A DNA stretch of 30,726 nt from Gaiellales bacterium (GCA_030831375.1 JAURLF010000150.1:1-30726); one strand, 5' to 3'; positions 18,909 through 28,215 are shown, counted from the stretch's first letter. A program made the numbers and translations. The notes: generated from the letters alone by a model not told the origin.

Positions 18909-20483
18909 ATGCCCCTGCCCCGCCCCCTGATCCTCGTCGCCGCGCTCGCCGCGCTGCTCGCCGTCGCGGCCGCCCCGGCCGCGGCCCGACCCGGCGACGC
19001 CGTCCCCGGCGAGTACATCGTCAAGGTGCGCGGCAACGTGTCGCCGTCCGACCTCGCCCGCGAGCAGGTCGGCAACGCGAACGTGAAGGGCGTCTACCGG
19101 CGCGTCATGAACGGGTTCACGGCGCGCCTGACCGAGGGCCGGCGGCGCGCGCTCGAGCAGCACCCGTGGGTCCTGTCGGTCGTCCCGAACCGCGTGGTCG
19201 AGACGACGGCGACCGTCGCGCCCGCCACCTGGGGCCTCGACCGCGTCGACCAGCGCGCCCTGCCGCTGAACGGCGCCTACGACTACTCGTCCACCGGGAG
19301 CGGCGTCAGCGCGTACGTGATCGACACCGGCGTCAACGCGTCGCACAGCCTGCTCGCGGGACGCGTCGCGGCGGGCTTCTCGGCCATCGACACGGGCACC
19401 GGCGCAAGCGACTGCAACGGGCACGGCACGCACGTCGCCGGCACCATCGCGGCCACCACCTACGGCGTCGCGCCCGAGGCGGGCGTGATCCCGGTGCGCG
19501 TCCTCGACTGCTCCGGCTCGGGCACCCTGGCGGGCGTCCTGCTCGGCCTCGAGTGGGTCGTCGCGCACCACAAGCCGGGCGAGCCCGCGGTCGCGAACCT
19601 CTCGCTCGGCGCCGGCGTCGCAGTGCCCGAGCTCGACGCCGCCGTCGAGTCCGCCGTCGCCGACGGCATCGTGGTCGCCGTCGCGGCGGGCAACGACGAC
19701 GTCGACGCCTGCGATGTCTCACCGGCGCGCGCCCCGTCCGCCCTGACCGTGGGTGCGACGACGAGCGCCGACGCGCGCGCCTCCTACTCGAACTACGGCT
19801 CCTGCCTCGACCTGTTCGCGCCGGGCTCCGGCATCACGTCGGCCTGGTACACGTCGACGACGGCGCTCGCGACCCTGTCCGGCACGTCGATGGCCGCCCC
19901 GCACGTGGCCGGCATCGCGGCGCGCCTGTGGTCCGGCCAGCCGACCGCGTCCGAGCCCGGGGTGCGCGCGCAGATCGCGGCCGACGCCACCACCGACGCC
20001 GTCGCGAGCCCGGGCACCGGCTCGCCGAACCGCCTCGCCTGGGTCGACCCGGGCACGCCAGCTCCGGTGGCGGACCTGCCCGCGCCGACGCCGCCCGCCG
20101 ACCCCGCGGACGCGCCGGCCCTGCCCTCGGTCGGGCCCGAGGTCGATACCGGGGACGACGCGGGCGACGGATCCGACGCGGGTTCGGGTGCGGGGTCGGG
20201 CGGCGGCTCCGGCGGCACCGCCCTCACCGCGCCGCGGATCACGGCTGTCACCCTCAAACGGGGCTGGCTGCGGATCACGATCCGGGGCGCGTCGGGCACC
20301 TTCCAGGTGTTTCGCGACGGCAGGTTGTCGGTGCAGACCCGCAAGCGCACCGTCTTCGTCCGCCGCGGGTCGGACCGCCGCGACGTCTTCCGGGCGCGCG
20401 TGGTCAAGGCGGGTGCGGTGTCGGCGTTCTCGAACCCGGTCTACCGGGTCGGCTCGCGCATCCGCGTCGGCCGCAGCGGCTAG
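18909..20483 (+). CDS. Secreted S8 subtilase (proteinase K/aqualysin-like) with I9 propeptide and C-terminal extension
   Basis: Signal peptide from ATG 18909 (alternative GTG 18843 after TAGTAT); VIDTGV, NGHGTHVAGT, AAGN, SGTSMAAPHVAG; Pro/Gly/Asp linker then an Arg-rich domain. Confidence 0.93.
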   Translation: MPLPRPLILVAALAALLAVAAAPAAARPGDAVPGEYIVKVRGNVSPSDLAREQVGNANVKGVYRRVMNGFTARLTEGRRRALEQHPWVLSVVPNRVVETTATVAPATWGLDRVDQRALPLNGAYDYSSTGSGVSAYVIDTGVNASHSLLAGRVAAGFSAIDTGTGASDCNGHGTHVAGTIAATTYGVAPEAGVIPVRVLDCSGSGTLAGVLLGLEWVVAHHKPGEPAVANLSLGAGVAVPELDAAVESAVADGIVVAVAAGNDDVDACDVSPARAPSALTVGATTSADARASYSNYGSCLDLFAPGSGITSAWYTSTTALATLSGTSMAAPHVAGIAARLWSGQPTASEPGVRAQIAADATTDAVASPGTGSPNRLAWVDPGTPAPVADLPAPTPPADPADAPALPSVGPEVDTGDDAGDGSDAGSGAGSGGGSGGTALTAPRITAVTLKRGWLRITIRGASGTFQVFRDGRLSVQTRKRTVFVRRGSDRRDVFRARVVKAGAVSAFSNPVYRVGSRIRVGRSG

Positions 20484-21637
20484 CCGGCGAGCGCGGCCGC
20501 GGGGTCCCCGGCGGACAGCGCGCGGCAGATCGCGCGGCTCGCGTACTCGTTGTCCGAGTGGAGGTCGTCCGAGTCCGGCGAGTCCCACGACGACTGCTTG
20601 ACCACGACCGTGTTGCGGGGCCGGTCGACGTAGATCATCTGGCCGTGGATCCCGACGGCCATCACGCAGCCGGGGTCGACGCGGGGCTGGTACCAGCACG
20701 AGCGGTAGCAGCCGCCGGGCAGCCAGTCGGCGTAGTCGCCGAGCGCCCAGTGCTCCGGGTCGCCGCCGTCGGTCAGGTCGTCGATGAAGTCCGCCGGCAC
20801 GATGCCGGCGCCGCCCTCGGCGACGATCATCCCGAAGCGGGCCATGTCGCGGGCGGTGGCGCTGAGGCCGCCGGCCGCCCGCGGGGCGCCGAGCCGGTCG
20901 AGGGTCATGTCGCCGTCGGCCTCGGCGCCCATCGGCACCCACAGGTAGTGGGAGATGGCGCGTGCCCAGGGCTCGCCGGAGACCGCCTCGCAGACCCATC
21001 CGAGCATGTCGGTCGTCGGGGAGAGGTAGCGGAAGCGCTGCCCGTGCTCGCCCTCCTTCGCGCGCGTCACGAGGAACTCGCGCAGGCCCATGTGGTCGGG
21101 CGGCGCCGGGTACCAGCCGGCCGAGTTGCGGTAGAGGGTCAGGTCGATGCCGGGCGAGTAGTCCTCGACGAAGGCGTACGAGGCCTCCATGTCGAGCAGC
21201 TGGCGGACGGTGGCGTCGCCGAAGCCGCTGTCCGCGGCCTCCGGCACGTAGCGCGCGACCGGCTCCTCGACGTCGAGCAGCCCTGCGCCGACCAGCGCCC
21301 CGGCGAGGAGCGCGGTGACCGACTTCGTGACGGAGAACATCAGGTGCGGCTCGTCGTCGCGGACGCCGGGCGCCATCCACTCCAGCACGACCTCGCCATT
21401 GCGCACGACGACCAGCGCGTCGCTCTGCGACCCGGCCAGCCAGTCGCCGAGCGCGACCTCGCCGCCCGTCTTCGCGTCGAAGCGCAGGTCGAGCAGGTTT
21501 CCGGCGGGCGCGAACGGCAGCGCGCGCACGTGGTGGCCGTGGCGGACGCGCGCGGTCGGGATCAGCTCGCGCACGTGCCGGAACGACCAGAAGGGGTGCG
21601 GCGGGCGCATCCAGTTGCCGAGGTCGGGGCGGTCCAT
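20480..21637 (-). CDS. Second NylB-like beta-lactamase-fold serine hydrolase, 385 aa
   Basis: WSFRHVRELIPTA, HLMFSVTKS (SxxK), FRYLSPTTD, GGLSATARDMARFG, GIHGQ. ATG 21637, 7 nt from CATACT. Confidence 0.9.
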   Translation of the reverse strand: MDRPDLGNWMRPPHPFWSFRHVRELIPTARVRHGHHVRALPFAPAGNLLDLRFDAKTGGEVALGDWLAGSQSDALVVVRNGEVVLEWMAPGVRDDEPHLMFSVTKSVTALLAGALVGAGLLDVEEPVARYVPEAADSGFGDATVRQLLDMEASYAFVEDYSPGIDLTLYRNSAGWYPAPPDHMGLREFLVTRAKEGEHGQRFRYLSPTTDMLGWVCEAVSGEPWARAISHYLWVPMGAEADGDMTLDRLGAPRAAGGLSATARDMARFGMIVAEGGAGIVPADFIDDLTDGGDPEHWALGDYADWLPGGCYRSCWYQPRVDPGCVMAVGIHGQMIYVDRPRNTVVVKQSSWDSPDSDDLHSDNEYASRAICRALSAGDPAAALAG

Positions 21638-21689
21638 GCGCGGGAGTATGACGCCGGGCGCGGCATCCCGCCTCCCTATCCTCCGTCTC

Positions 21690-22340
21690 GTGGAGGACCT
21701 GCTCGGCGCCATTCCGGACTTCGCCGCGGAGACGCCGGCGTGGCTGAGCATCCTCGCCACCTTCGTGGGCGCCCTCGGCGGCGCCCTGCTCGGCCGCCAG
21801 CACTCGCCGACGGTCGACGTGGCGGGGATGGCGGTGCTCGCGATCTCGCTCGGCTTCGGCGGTGGCATCATCCGCGACGTCCTGATCGGCAACACCCCGC
21901 CGGAGGCGCTGCGCCAATGGGAGTACATCGCCGCCGTCGGGGTCGCGTTCGGCCTGATCCTGCTCGTGGGCCGCGAGGTCGCGCGCTTCGCCTACGCGCT
22001 GCTCGTCCTCGACGCCCTCACGCTCGGCCTGTTCGCGGCGGTCGGCGCGCAGTACGCGATCGACGCCGGCCTGCCGGCCCTGACCGCGGTCCTCGTCGGG
22101 TCGTTCGCCGCGATCGGCGGCGGCGTCGCCGCCTCCGTCCTGCTGCGCGAGACGCCGTCCGTGATGCGGCCGGGCCCGCCGTACGCGATCGCGGCCGTGG
22201 CGGGCGCGATCGCCTTCGTGCTGCTCGACGGGGTCAACGGCGGGCTCGCGTCGCTCGCCTGCGTTGCGGTCGCGTTCGCGATCCGGGTTGTCGCGGAGCG
22301 CGCGAACCTGCGGACGCGCCCGGTGCGCCCGATCGACTGA
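21690..22340 (+). CDS. Trimeric intracellular cation channel (TRIC/UPF0126) family protein, 216 aa
   Basis: Two repeats GFGGGIIRDVLIG and AIGGGV, plus LDALTLGLFA; about 7 TM segments. GTG 21690, 7 nt after TATCCT. Confidence 0.88.
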   Translation: MEDLLGAIPDFAAETPAWLSILATFVGALGGALLGRQHSPTVDVAGMAVLAISLGFGGGIIRDVLIGNTPPEALRQWEYIAAVGVAFGLILLVGREVARFAYALLVLDALTLGLFAAVGAQYAIDAGLPALTAVLVGSFAAIGGGVAASVLLRETPSVMRPGPPYAIAAVAGAIAFVLLDGVNGGLASLACVAVAFAIRVVAERANLRTRPVRPID

Positions 22341-22343
22341 CCC

Positions 22344-23684
22344 CTACGAGGGATCGAGCCCGAAGACGACGCCGGTGCCGACGAGGTAGACGCGCTCGGT
22401 GTCGGCGACGAGCGGCGAGTACTTGCCCGCGGGGAACTCCCAGACGATCTCCTGCGTGGCCACGTCGATCGCGTAGGTGGCGTCGGGGCCGCGCTTCGAC
22501 TCGCGCACGCCGTTCTGGCCGCAGCCCGAGCACGTCGAGACGTACAGGAGACCCGCCATCAGGGTGGGGGCGCCGTGCACGGCGCCGGGCATCTCGAGCC
22601 GCCAGCGCTCGGCCCCGGTGGCCGCGTCGTAGGCGATCACGAAGCCGTCGTAGGTGCCGATGTAGACGACCTCGTCGGCGACGGCGGCCGCGGTGTACAC
22701 GTACGAGCCGGCCTGCTTGGCCCACAGCAGGTTGCCGGACCGCGCGCCGTATGCGTACATCCAGCCGTCGGTGTTGCCGACGAAGACGCGCCCGTACGCG
22801 ACGGCCGGCGTGGCGTAGAAGTACTCACGGCCCGAGCCCAGGTGGTCGTTCGACTGCGCCTCCCAGTTGATCGCCCCGGTCTCCGCGTCGAGCGAGTAGA
22901 GGGTGCCGCCGTTCGTGCCGATCGTGATCGCCGCGCGCCCGCCCGCCTCCTCCGCCTCGATCAGGGTCGCCGAGGCGACGATCTGCGCGTCGAGCTCCGT
23001 CGACCAGCGCTCGGCCCCGGTGCGTGCGTCGAGCGCGTGAACCTTGGCGTCCCAGGCGGCGACGTAGACGGTGTCGTCGACGACGAGCGGCGACGACTCG
23101 ACGGGCGCCATGTCGACGCGCCACAGCTCGGCGCCGGACGCGGCGTCCCAGGCGGCGACGAAGCCGCCGTCCTGGAAGTCGCCCTTCGGGCACGGGTAGT
23201 CGGCCAGGAAGGCGGCGAAGACGACGCCGTCCGCGTACGCCGGCGACGCCGCCGAGCAGTGGCCGGTGTCCTTCTCCCAGATCGTGCCGCCGGTGCCGGT
23301 GTCGACGGCGTAGAAGCGGCCGCGCAGCTGGCCGACGAAGAGGCGCCCGTCCGCCACGACGGGCGGGAACTCGAGCAGGCTCAGCGACCGGAACCGCCAC
23401 TGCTCGGTGTACGGCGGGCGGTGCTCGAGATCGGGGTTCCAGCGCGTGCGGGCGTTGTCGAAGCCGTACGTGGGCCAGGGGGCGACGGGATCCGTCTCCT
23501 CGATCGTGATCGTGGCGGGCGGTGGCGTGAACTCGACCGTGGCCGAGCCCTCGACCTCGTCCGGCTCGAGCGCGCCGAGGGCGACCCACGCGCCGACGCC
23601 GAGCACGGCGACGAGGAGGAGCGCGAAGGCGCCGGTCAGCCCCCAGCGCAGGCGGCGGTGGGGCTGTCCACGGCGGAGCGTCAT
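22344..23684 (-). CDS. Membrane-anchored PQQ-binding-like beta-propeller protein, 446 aa
   Basis: N-terminal basic patch plus TM helix; WPTYGFDNART; repeated (S/A)SP.V.D..VY.....G..YA.DA.TG...W blades. Confidence 0.88.
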   Translation of the reverse strand: MTLRRGQPHRRLRWGLTGAFALLLVAVLGVGAWVALGALEPDEVEGSATVEFTPPPATITIEETDPVAPWPTYGFDNARTRWNPDLEHRPPYTEQWRFRSLSLLEFPPVVADGRLFVGQLRGRFYAVDTGTGGTIWEKDTGHCSAASPAYADGVVFAAFLADYPCPKGDFQDGGFVAAWDAASGAELWRVDMAPVESSPLVVDDTVYVAAWDAKVHALDARTGAERWSTELDAQIVASATLIEAEEAGGRAAITIGTNGGTLYSLDAETGAINWEAQSNDHLGSGREYFYATPAVAYGRVFVGNTDGWMYAYGARSGNLLWAKQAGSYVYTAAAVADEVVYIGTYDGFVIAYDAATGAERWRLEMPGAVHGAPTLMAGLLYVSTCSGCGQNGVRESKRGPDATYAIDVATQEIVWEFPAGKYSPLVADTERVYLVGTGVVFGLDPS

Positions 23685-23745
23685 CCACCCGCATGATACG
23701 TGCGCCCAGGCGGGCTTCCCGGGGCGCCGGCGCTACCCTCGGGAC

Positions 23746-23916
23746 GTGGACGCCGACGCCGACGACGCGACCCCGCGGACGGCCTGCCGGGCCCGCTGCC
23801 CGATGTGCGGGAGCGCCGCCGAGCCGGTCGAGGTCCACGGCCACGTGCAGTGCGCCAGCTGCGGCGTCAACATCGACCCGTGCTGCGGCGGCGCGCCGCT
23901 CGACGAGGCGGCCTGA
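23746..23916 (+). CDS. Small Cys/His-rich putative zinc-ribbon protein, 56 aa
   Basis: CPMCG-x7-HGHVQCASCG-x5-CCGG; high GC3; GTG 23746, 6 nt after TACCCT. Confidence 0.7.
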   Translation: MDADADDATPRTACRARCPMCGSAAEPVEVHGHVQCASCGVNIDPCCGGAPLDEAA

Positions 23917-23963
23917 GGGGAAACCACGGCCCGGGGGCGACGGCCGACGGCTAACCTCGGCTC

Positions 23964-24854
23964 GTGATCCGGACGCGGGATCTCACGAAGCGCTACGGCG
24001 CCACGCACGCCCTCGAGGGGCTCGACCTCGAGATCCGGGCGGGTGGCGTGCTCGGCTTCCTCGGCCCGAACGGCGCCGGCAAGACGACCGCGATCCGCCT
24101 GATCGCGGGCCTGATCCGGCCGAGCCGGGGGAGCGCCGAGGTCGCCGGGTTCGACGTCGCCCGCGACCCGCAGGCGGTGCACGCCCGCATCGGCTACCTC
24201 TCGGGCGAGTTCCGCGCCTACCGCGACCTCACCGCCGAGCGCTACCTGCGCTACCTCGCCGACCTGCGCGGCGGCGTCGACCCGGCGCGCATCGCGTCGC
24301 TCGCGGAGCGCCTCGACCTGCCCCTGCGCCGGCGGATCGGCGAGCTCTCGCACGGCAACCGCCAGAAGGTCGGCCTCGTGCAGGCGCTGATGGCGGACCC
24401 GCCGGTGCTGCTCCTCGACGAGCCGACGCAGGGCCTCGACCCGCTCATGCAGCGCGAGTTCCTCGGGCTGATCGCGGAGGCCCGCGACCGGGGCTGCGCG
24501 GTCCTGCTCTCCTCGCACATCCTCTCGGAGGTCGAGGCCGTCGCCGATCGCATCGGCATCCTCCGCGCGGGCCGCCTCGTGGCGCTCGACGCGGTCGATG
24601 CGCTGCGCGGACGGGCCGTGCGACGCCTCGACCTCGTCTTCGCCGGTCCGCCGCCCGCCGAGGTGGTCGCCGCCGTGCCCGGCGTGCGCATCCTCGGCAC
24701 GACGGACCGCACGCTGCACGTCGAGGTCGAGGGGTCGACCGCGGCCCTGGTGGCGGCGCTCGGCCCGCACGCGGTCGAGGACGTGGTCTCGCACGAGCCT
24801 GACCTCGAGGAGATCTTCCTGTCCCTCTACGCCGACGGCGGGGAGCCCGCGTGA
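23964..24854 (+). CDS. ABC-2 type exporter ATP-binding protein
   Basis: GPNGAGKTT, LSHGNRQK signature variant, LLLDEP, LSSH. GTG 23964, 6 nt after TAACCT. Confidence 0.95.
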   Translation: MIRTRDLTKRYGATHALEGLDLEIRAGGVLGFLGPNGAGKTTAIRLIAGLIRPSRGSAEVAGFDVARDPQAVHARIGYLSGEFRAYRDLTAERYLRYLADLRGGVDPARIASLAERLDLPLRRRIGELSHGNRQKVGLVQALMADPPVLLLDEPTQGLDPLMQREFLGLIAEARDRGCAVLLSSHILSEVEAVADRIGILRAGRLVALDAVDALRGRAVRRLDLVFAGPPPAEVVAAVPGVRILGTTDRTLHVEVEGSTAALVAALGPHAVEDVVSHEPDLEEIFLSLYADGGEPA

Positions 24855-25642
24855 GCGGGGCCGTCCTGCGCAAGACCCTGCGTGACGAGGCGCGGCCGCT
24901 CGTCTGGTGGTCGCTCGGCGTCCTCGCCATCGTGCTGCTGATGGCGCTCCTGTGGAACCAGGTCCGCGACGTCTACACGGCGGAGCTCCTGTCCGCCTAC
25001 CCGGAGGAGCTGCAGGAGATCTTCAACTTCGGCGGCGCGATGGACGGCGCCGCCTACATGAACATCGAGGTGTTCAGCATCATCCTGCCCGTCCTGTTCG
25101 TCGTCTTCGGCGTCGGTCGCGGCGCGCGGCTGATCGCCGGCGAGGAGCAGGAGGGCGTGCTCGAGCCGGTGCTCGCGACGCCGGTGCCCCGTTGGGCGAT
25201 CCTGCTGCAGAAGGCGCTCGGGCTCGCCGTCGGCGTCGTCGCCCTGACCGCGGCGACGGCCGTCGCCACGATCATCGGGTCGGCGCTCGGCGACCTCGCG
25301 ATCCCGGCGACGGAGGCGGTGGTCGGCGCGGCGGCGATGGGGCTGCTCGGCCTCTACGCGGGCTGGCTCGCCCTCGCCGTCGGGGCGGCGACGGGTCATC
25401 GCGGTGCCGCGATGGCCGTGGCGGGGCTCGTCCTCGTCGGCGGCTACCTGCTGCACATCATCGGCGCGATTCTCGCCGCCGTGGAGCCGTGGCGGGTGGC
25501 GTCGCCGTTTGCACAGGCGGTCGACGAGGGCCCGATCAGCGGCGTCGTGCCGTGGGGATTCGCCGTGCTCGCGCTGACCGCGGCCGCCTTCCTCGCGCTC
25601 GCCGTCCCGCTGTTCGAGCGCCGCGACATCGAGACGGGCTGA
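24851..25642 (+). CDS. ABC-2 type exporter permease
   Basis: Six hydrophobic segments, IAGEEQEGVLEPVLATPVPR, FERRDI C-terminus; GTGA overlap with the ATPase gene. Confidence 0.92.
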   Translation: MSGAVLRKTLRDEARPLVWWSLGVLAIVLLMALLWNQVRDVYTAELLSAYPEELQEIFNFGGAMDGAAYMNIEVFSIILPVLFVVFGVGRGARLIAGEEQEGVLEPVLATPVPRWAILLQKALGLAVGVVALTAATAVATIIGSALGDLAIPATEAVVGAAAMGLLGLYAGWLALAVGAATGHRGAAMAVAGLVLVGGYLLHIIGAILAAVEPWRVASPFAQAVDEGPISGVVPWGFAVLALTAAAFLALAVPLFERRDIETG

Positions 25643-25651
25643 GCGCGGCCC

Positions 25652-26362
25652 CTAGGTCCGGTCGTCGACGGGCGGGAACAGGACGGCCAGGAAGCCCCCG
25701 AACCATGCGGCCTGCGCGGCGTCGTGCAGGGCCATCAGGCGGTCCTGCTCGTCGGCGTCCTGCGCGCCCGGTGCGGCGTGGTCCGTCCAGGCGGCGCGCT
25801 GCCAGCGGCGGAACCCCGCGGGCGTGACTTCGGCGTGGAACTGCAGCCCGTAGGCGCGCTCCCCGACCCGGAAGGCCTGGTTGGGGTAGTCGTCGCTCTC
25901 GGCGAGGCGCACGGCCCCGTCGGGCACCTCGAAGCCGTGGTAGTGGGCCTGGCCGACGACGAGGGGGCCGGGGAGGAAGCCCGCGCCCTCCGCGGTGGGC
26001 CGGATCTCGTAGTAGCCGAACTCGTGCCGCCCGTGGTCGGGCGGTCCGACCTCGGCGCCGAGCACGCGCGCGATCGACTGCGCGCCGAGGCAGATCCCGA
26101 GCAGCGGCACGTCGCGGTCGAGGCACTGCCGGACGAGTCGCGCCTCGTCGGCGAGGAACGGGTAGCGGTCCTCCTCGTAGACCGGGAACGGGCCGCCGTG
26201 CACGACCGCGCCGGCGACCGTGCCGTCGATCGTCGGCACGGGGTCGCCGGCGAACGGACGCCGCCGCTCGACGGCGTAGCCGGCGGCCACGAGGTGCGTG
26301 TGAACCCGATCGTCCGCCGGCTCGTCGTCGTGGCGGATCTCGATGATGCGCGGGGTCGACAC
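25652..26362 (-). CDS. Class I glutamine amidotransferase-like protein (stand-alone), 236 aa
   Basis: HGGP, LGICLGAQ (catalytic Cys), GLQFHAEV (His-Glu). GTG 26362, 7 nt from TAGGCT. Confidence 0.9.
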   Translation of the reverse strand: MSTPRIIEIRHDDEPADDRVHTHLVAAGYAVERRRPFAGDPVPTIDGTVAGAVVHGGPFPVYEEDRYPFLADEARLVRQCLDRDVPLLGICLGAQSIARVLGAEVGPPDHGRHEFGYYEIRPTAEGAGFLPGPLVVGQAHYHGFEVPDGAVRLAESDDYPNQAFRVGERAYGLQFHAEVTPAGFRRWQRAAWTDHAAPGAQDADEQDRLMALHDAAQAAWFGGFLAVLFPPVDDRT

Positions 26363-26444
26363 CGGGCCCAGCCTACTCGGGTGCCGGCCGCGAAAGCACG
26401 CCTGCCACCGTCCGCTCCGTGACGTGGTTCCATGTGGGGTGCAG

Positions 26445-27461
26445 ATGCGCCGCCTCGCGCCCCTCATCGCCCTCCTCGTGCTGGTCCTCGCCCTGCCCGC
26501 CGGCGCCAGCGCCGCGCCCGTCTCGGCGCGTGCGCTCCTCGGCGACCTGCGCACCGCCGCCCCGCAGGGCGCGGGCTACGACCGCGACCTCTTCGACCAC
26601 TGGGTCGACGCCGACGGCGACGGCTGCGACGCCCGCGACGAGGTCCTGCTCGCTGAGGCGCGCACGCCCCCGGGCGTGACGGGCCGCTGCTCGCTCGTGG
26701 GTGGTCGCTGGTGGTCGGCCTACGACGACGTGATCGTGCGCAGCGCGCGGCGCCTCGACATCGACCACTTCGTGCCGCTCGCCGAGGCGTGGCGGTCCGG
26801 GGCGCGGCGCTGGGACGCCGATACGCGCCGGCGCTTCGCCAACGACCTCGACTACCCGCTGACCCTGATCGCGGTGACCGCCTCGACGAACCGCGCGAAG
26901 CGCGATCGGGACCCGGCGTCGTGGCTGCCGCCCTTCGGGGCGTACCGCTGCACGTACGTGGCGTCGTGGATCGCGGTCAAGTGGCGCTGGCGCCTGACGG
27001 TCGACGCGCTCGAGCGCGGCGCGCTCACGGTGGGGCTGTCGGGCTGCGGCCGGCGCGCGCTCGTGCCCGAGCCGACGCGGGCGCGGATCGCCCTCGGTCG
27101 CGCCGAGGCGGAGGTGGCGGGCGCGGAGGCGCCGGCGCCCGCGGCGCCCGGCTCCGGCGACGACCCGCACTTCGGCAGCTGCCGCGAGGCGATCGCAGCG
27201 GGCTACGGGCCGTACGTCCAGGGCCGCGACCCCGAGTACGCGTGGTACCGGGACGGCGACCGAGACGGCACGGTCTGCGAGGGCGCGCGCGGCTCGGCGG
27301 CCGCGCCTCCCGCCGAAACCGGCGCGGGCTCCGGCGACGACCCGCGCTTCGGCAGCTGCCGCGAGGCCAAGGCCGCGGGCTACGGGCCGTACGTCCAGGG
27401 CCGCGACCCCGAGTACGCGTGGTACCGGGACGGCGACCGCGACGGCACCGTCTGCGAGTAG
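26445..27461 (+). CDS. Secreted HNH (DUF1524-like) nuclease with two C-terminal Excalibur Ca-binding domains, 338 aa
   Basis: Signal peptide; GYDRDLFDHW, GCDARDEVL, DIDHFVPLAEAWRSGA, NRAKRD, WLP; two C-x2-A...DGDRDG..CE repeats. Confidence 0.88.
   Translation: MRRLAPLIALLVLVLALPAGASAAPVSARALLGDLRTAAPQGAGYDRDLFDHWVDADGDGCDARDEVLLAEARTPPGVTGRCSLVGGRWWSAYDDVIVRSARRLDIDHFVPLAEAWRSGARRWDADTRRRFANDLDYPLTLIAVTASTNRAKRDRDPASWLPPFGAYRCTYVASWIAVKWRWRLTVDALERGALTVGLSGCGRRALVPEPTRARIALGRAEAEVAGAEAPAPAAPGSGDDPHFGSCREAIAAGYGPYVQGRDPEYAWYRDGDRDGTVCEGARGSAAAPPAETGAGSGDDPRFGSCREAKAAGYGPYVQGRDPEYAWYRDGDRDGTVCE
27150..27458 (+). repeat. Two 132-bp direct repeats (27150-27281 and 27327-27458) encoding the Excalibur domains
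   Basis: Manual alignment gives 7 mismatches in 132 bp, period 177 bp, in frame. Confidence 0.95.
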
Positions 27462-27483
27462 ACGGATCGGCAAGACTGCGCAG

Positions 27484-28215
27484 GTGACCCGCGTCGGCCG
27501 CCTGCTCCTCACGCCCATCAAGAGCCTGCGCCTCGCGGAGCGCGCGCAGGTCGAGATCGGCCCGCACGGCGTCGACGGGGACCGCGCCTTCTTCCTGCTC
27601 GACGCGGACGGCTCGTGCCTGCGGGGCCCGCGGCGGCTGCCGCTCTGCCGGATGACCGCCGACTGGGCGGACGGCGTCCTCGCGATCACGCTGCCCACCG
27701 GCCGCGTCGTCCGTGGCGCGCCCGAGGCGGGGGCGGCCCTGCGCGCCCGCTGGGACATGGACCTCGAGGTCGACGCCGAGCTCGTCGAGGGGCCGTGGGC
27801 CGCCGCCCTGTCGGAGGCCTGCGGCGAGCCGATCCGCCTCGCCCGCACCACGGGCGGGCGCGGCGGCTGGTCCGGGTTCCCCGTGTCCGTGATCGGCGGC
27901 GCCTCGATCGACGCGCTCGGCCTCGGCCCCGTCGACCCGCGCCGCTTCCGGATGCTGGTCGAGACCGCGGGCGGCGCCCCCTTCGAGGAGGACGCATGGG
28001 TCGGCCGCGACGTGCGGATCGGCGAGGCGGTCGTGCGCGTCGAGGAGGCGTGCGCGCGCTGCGCCGTCACAACCGTCGACCCGGAGACTGGGGTGCGCGA
28101 CGTCGACGCCCTGCGCGCGATGGTGACGGCGAAGGGCGCCGCCGACCTCGGCGTCTACTGCCGCGTCGTGGAGCCGGGCACGGTCCGGGTCGGCGACCCG
28201 GTCGCGCCCGCCTGA
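27484..28215 (+). CDS. MOSC domain protein (N-terminal beta-barrel plus MOSC), 243 aa
   Basis: PIKSL, GDRAFFLLD, RFRMLVE, CARCAVTT, GVYCRVVEPGTVRVGD. Confidence 0.9.
   Translation: MTRVGRLLLTPIKSLRLAERAQVEIGPHGVDGDRAFFLLDADGSCLRGPRRLPLCRMTADWADGVLAITLPTGRVVRGAPEAGAALRARWDMDLEVDAELVEGPWAAALSEACGEPIRLARTTGGRGGWSGFPVSVIGGASIDALGLGPVDPRRFRMLVETAGGAPFEEDAWVGRDVRIGEAVVRVEEACARCAVTTVDPETGVRDVDALRAMVTAKGAADLGVYCRVVEPGTVRVGDPVAPA

Noticed and set aside
23407-23745. 169-aa version of the Cys-rich protein given in the track
   Set aside because: The upstream part is antisense to the PQQ-like gene; the -10 and coding bias point to GTG 23746.
27150-27458. Direct repeats as a possible CRISPR array or mobile-element ends
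   Set aside because: Only two copies, 132 bp, in frame inside a CDS and encoding Excalibur domains; no cas or transposase genes.
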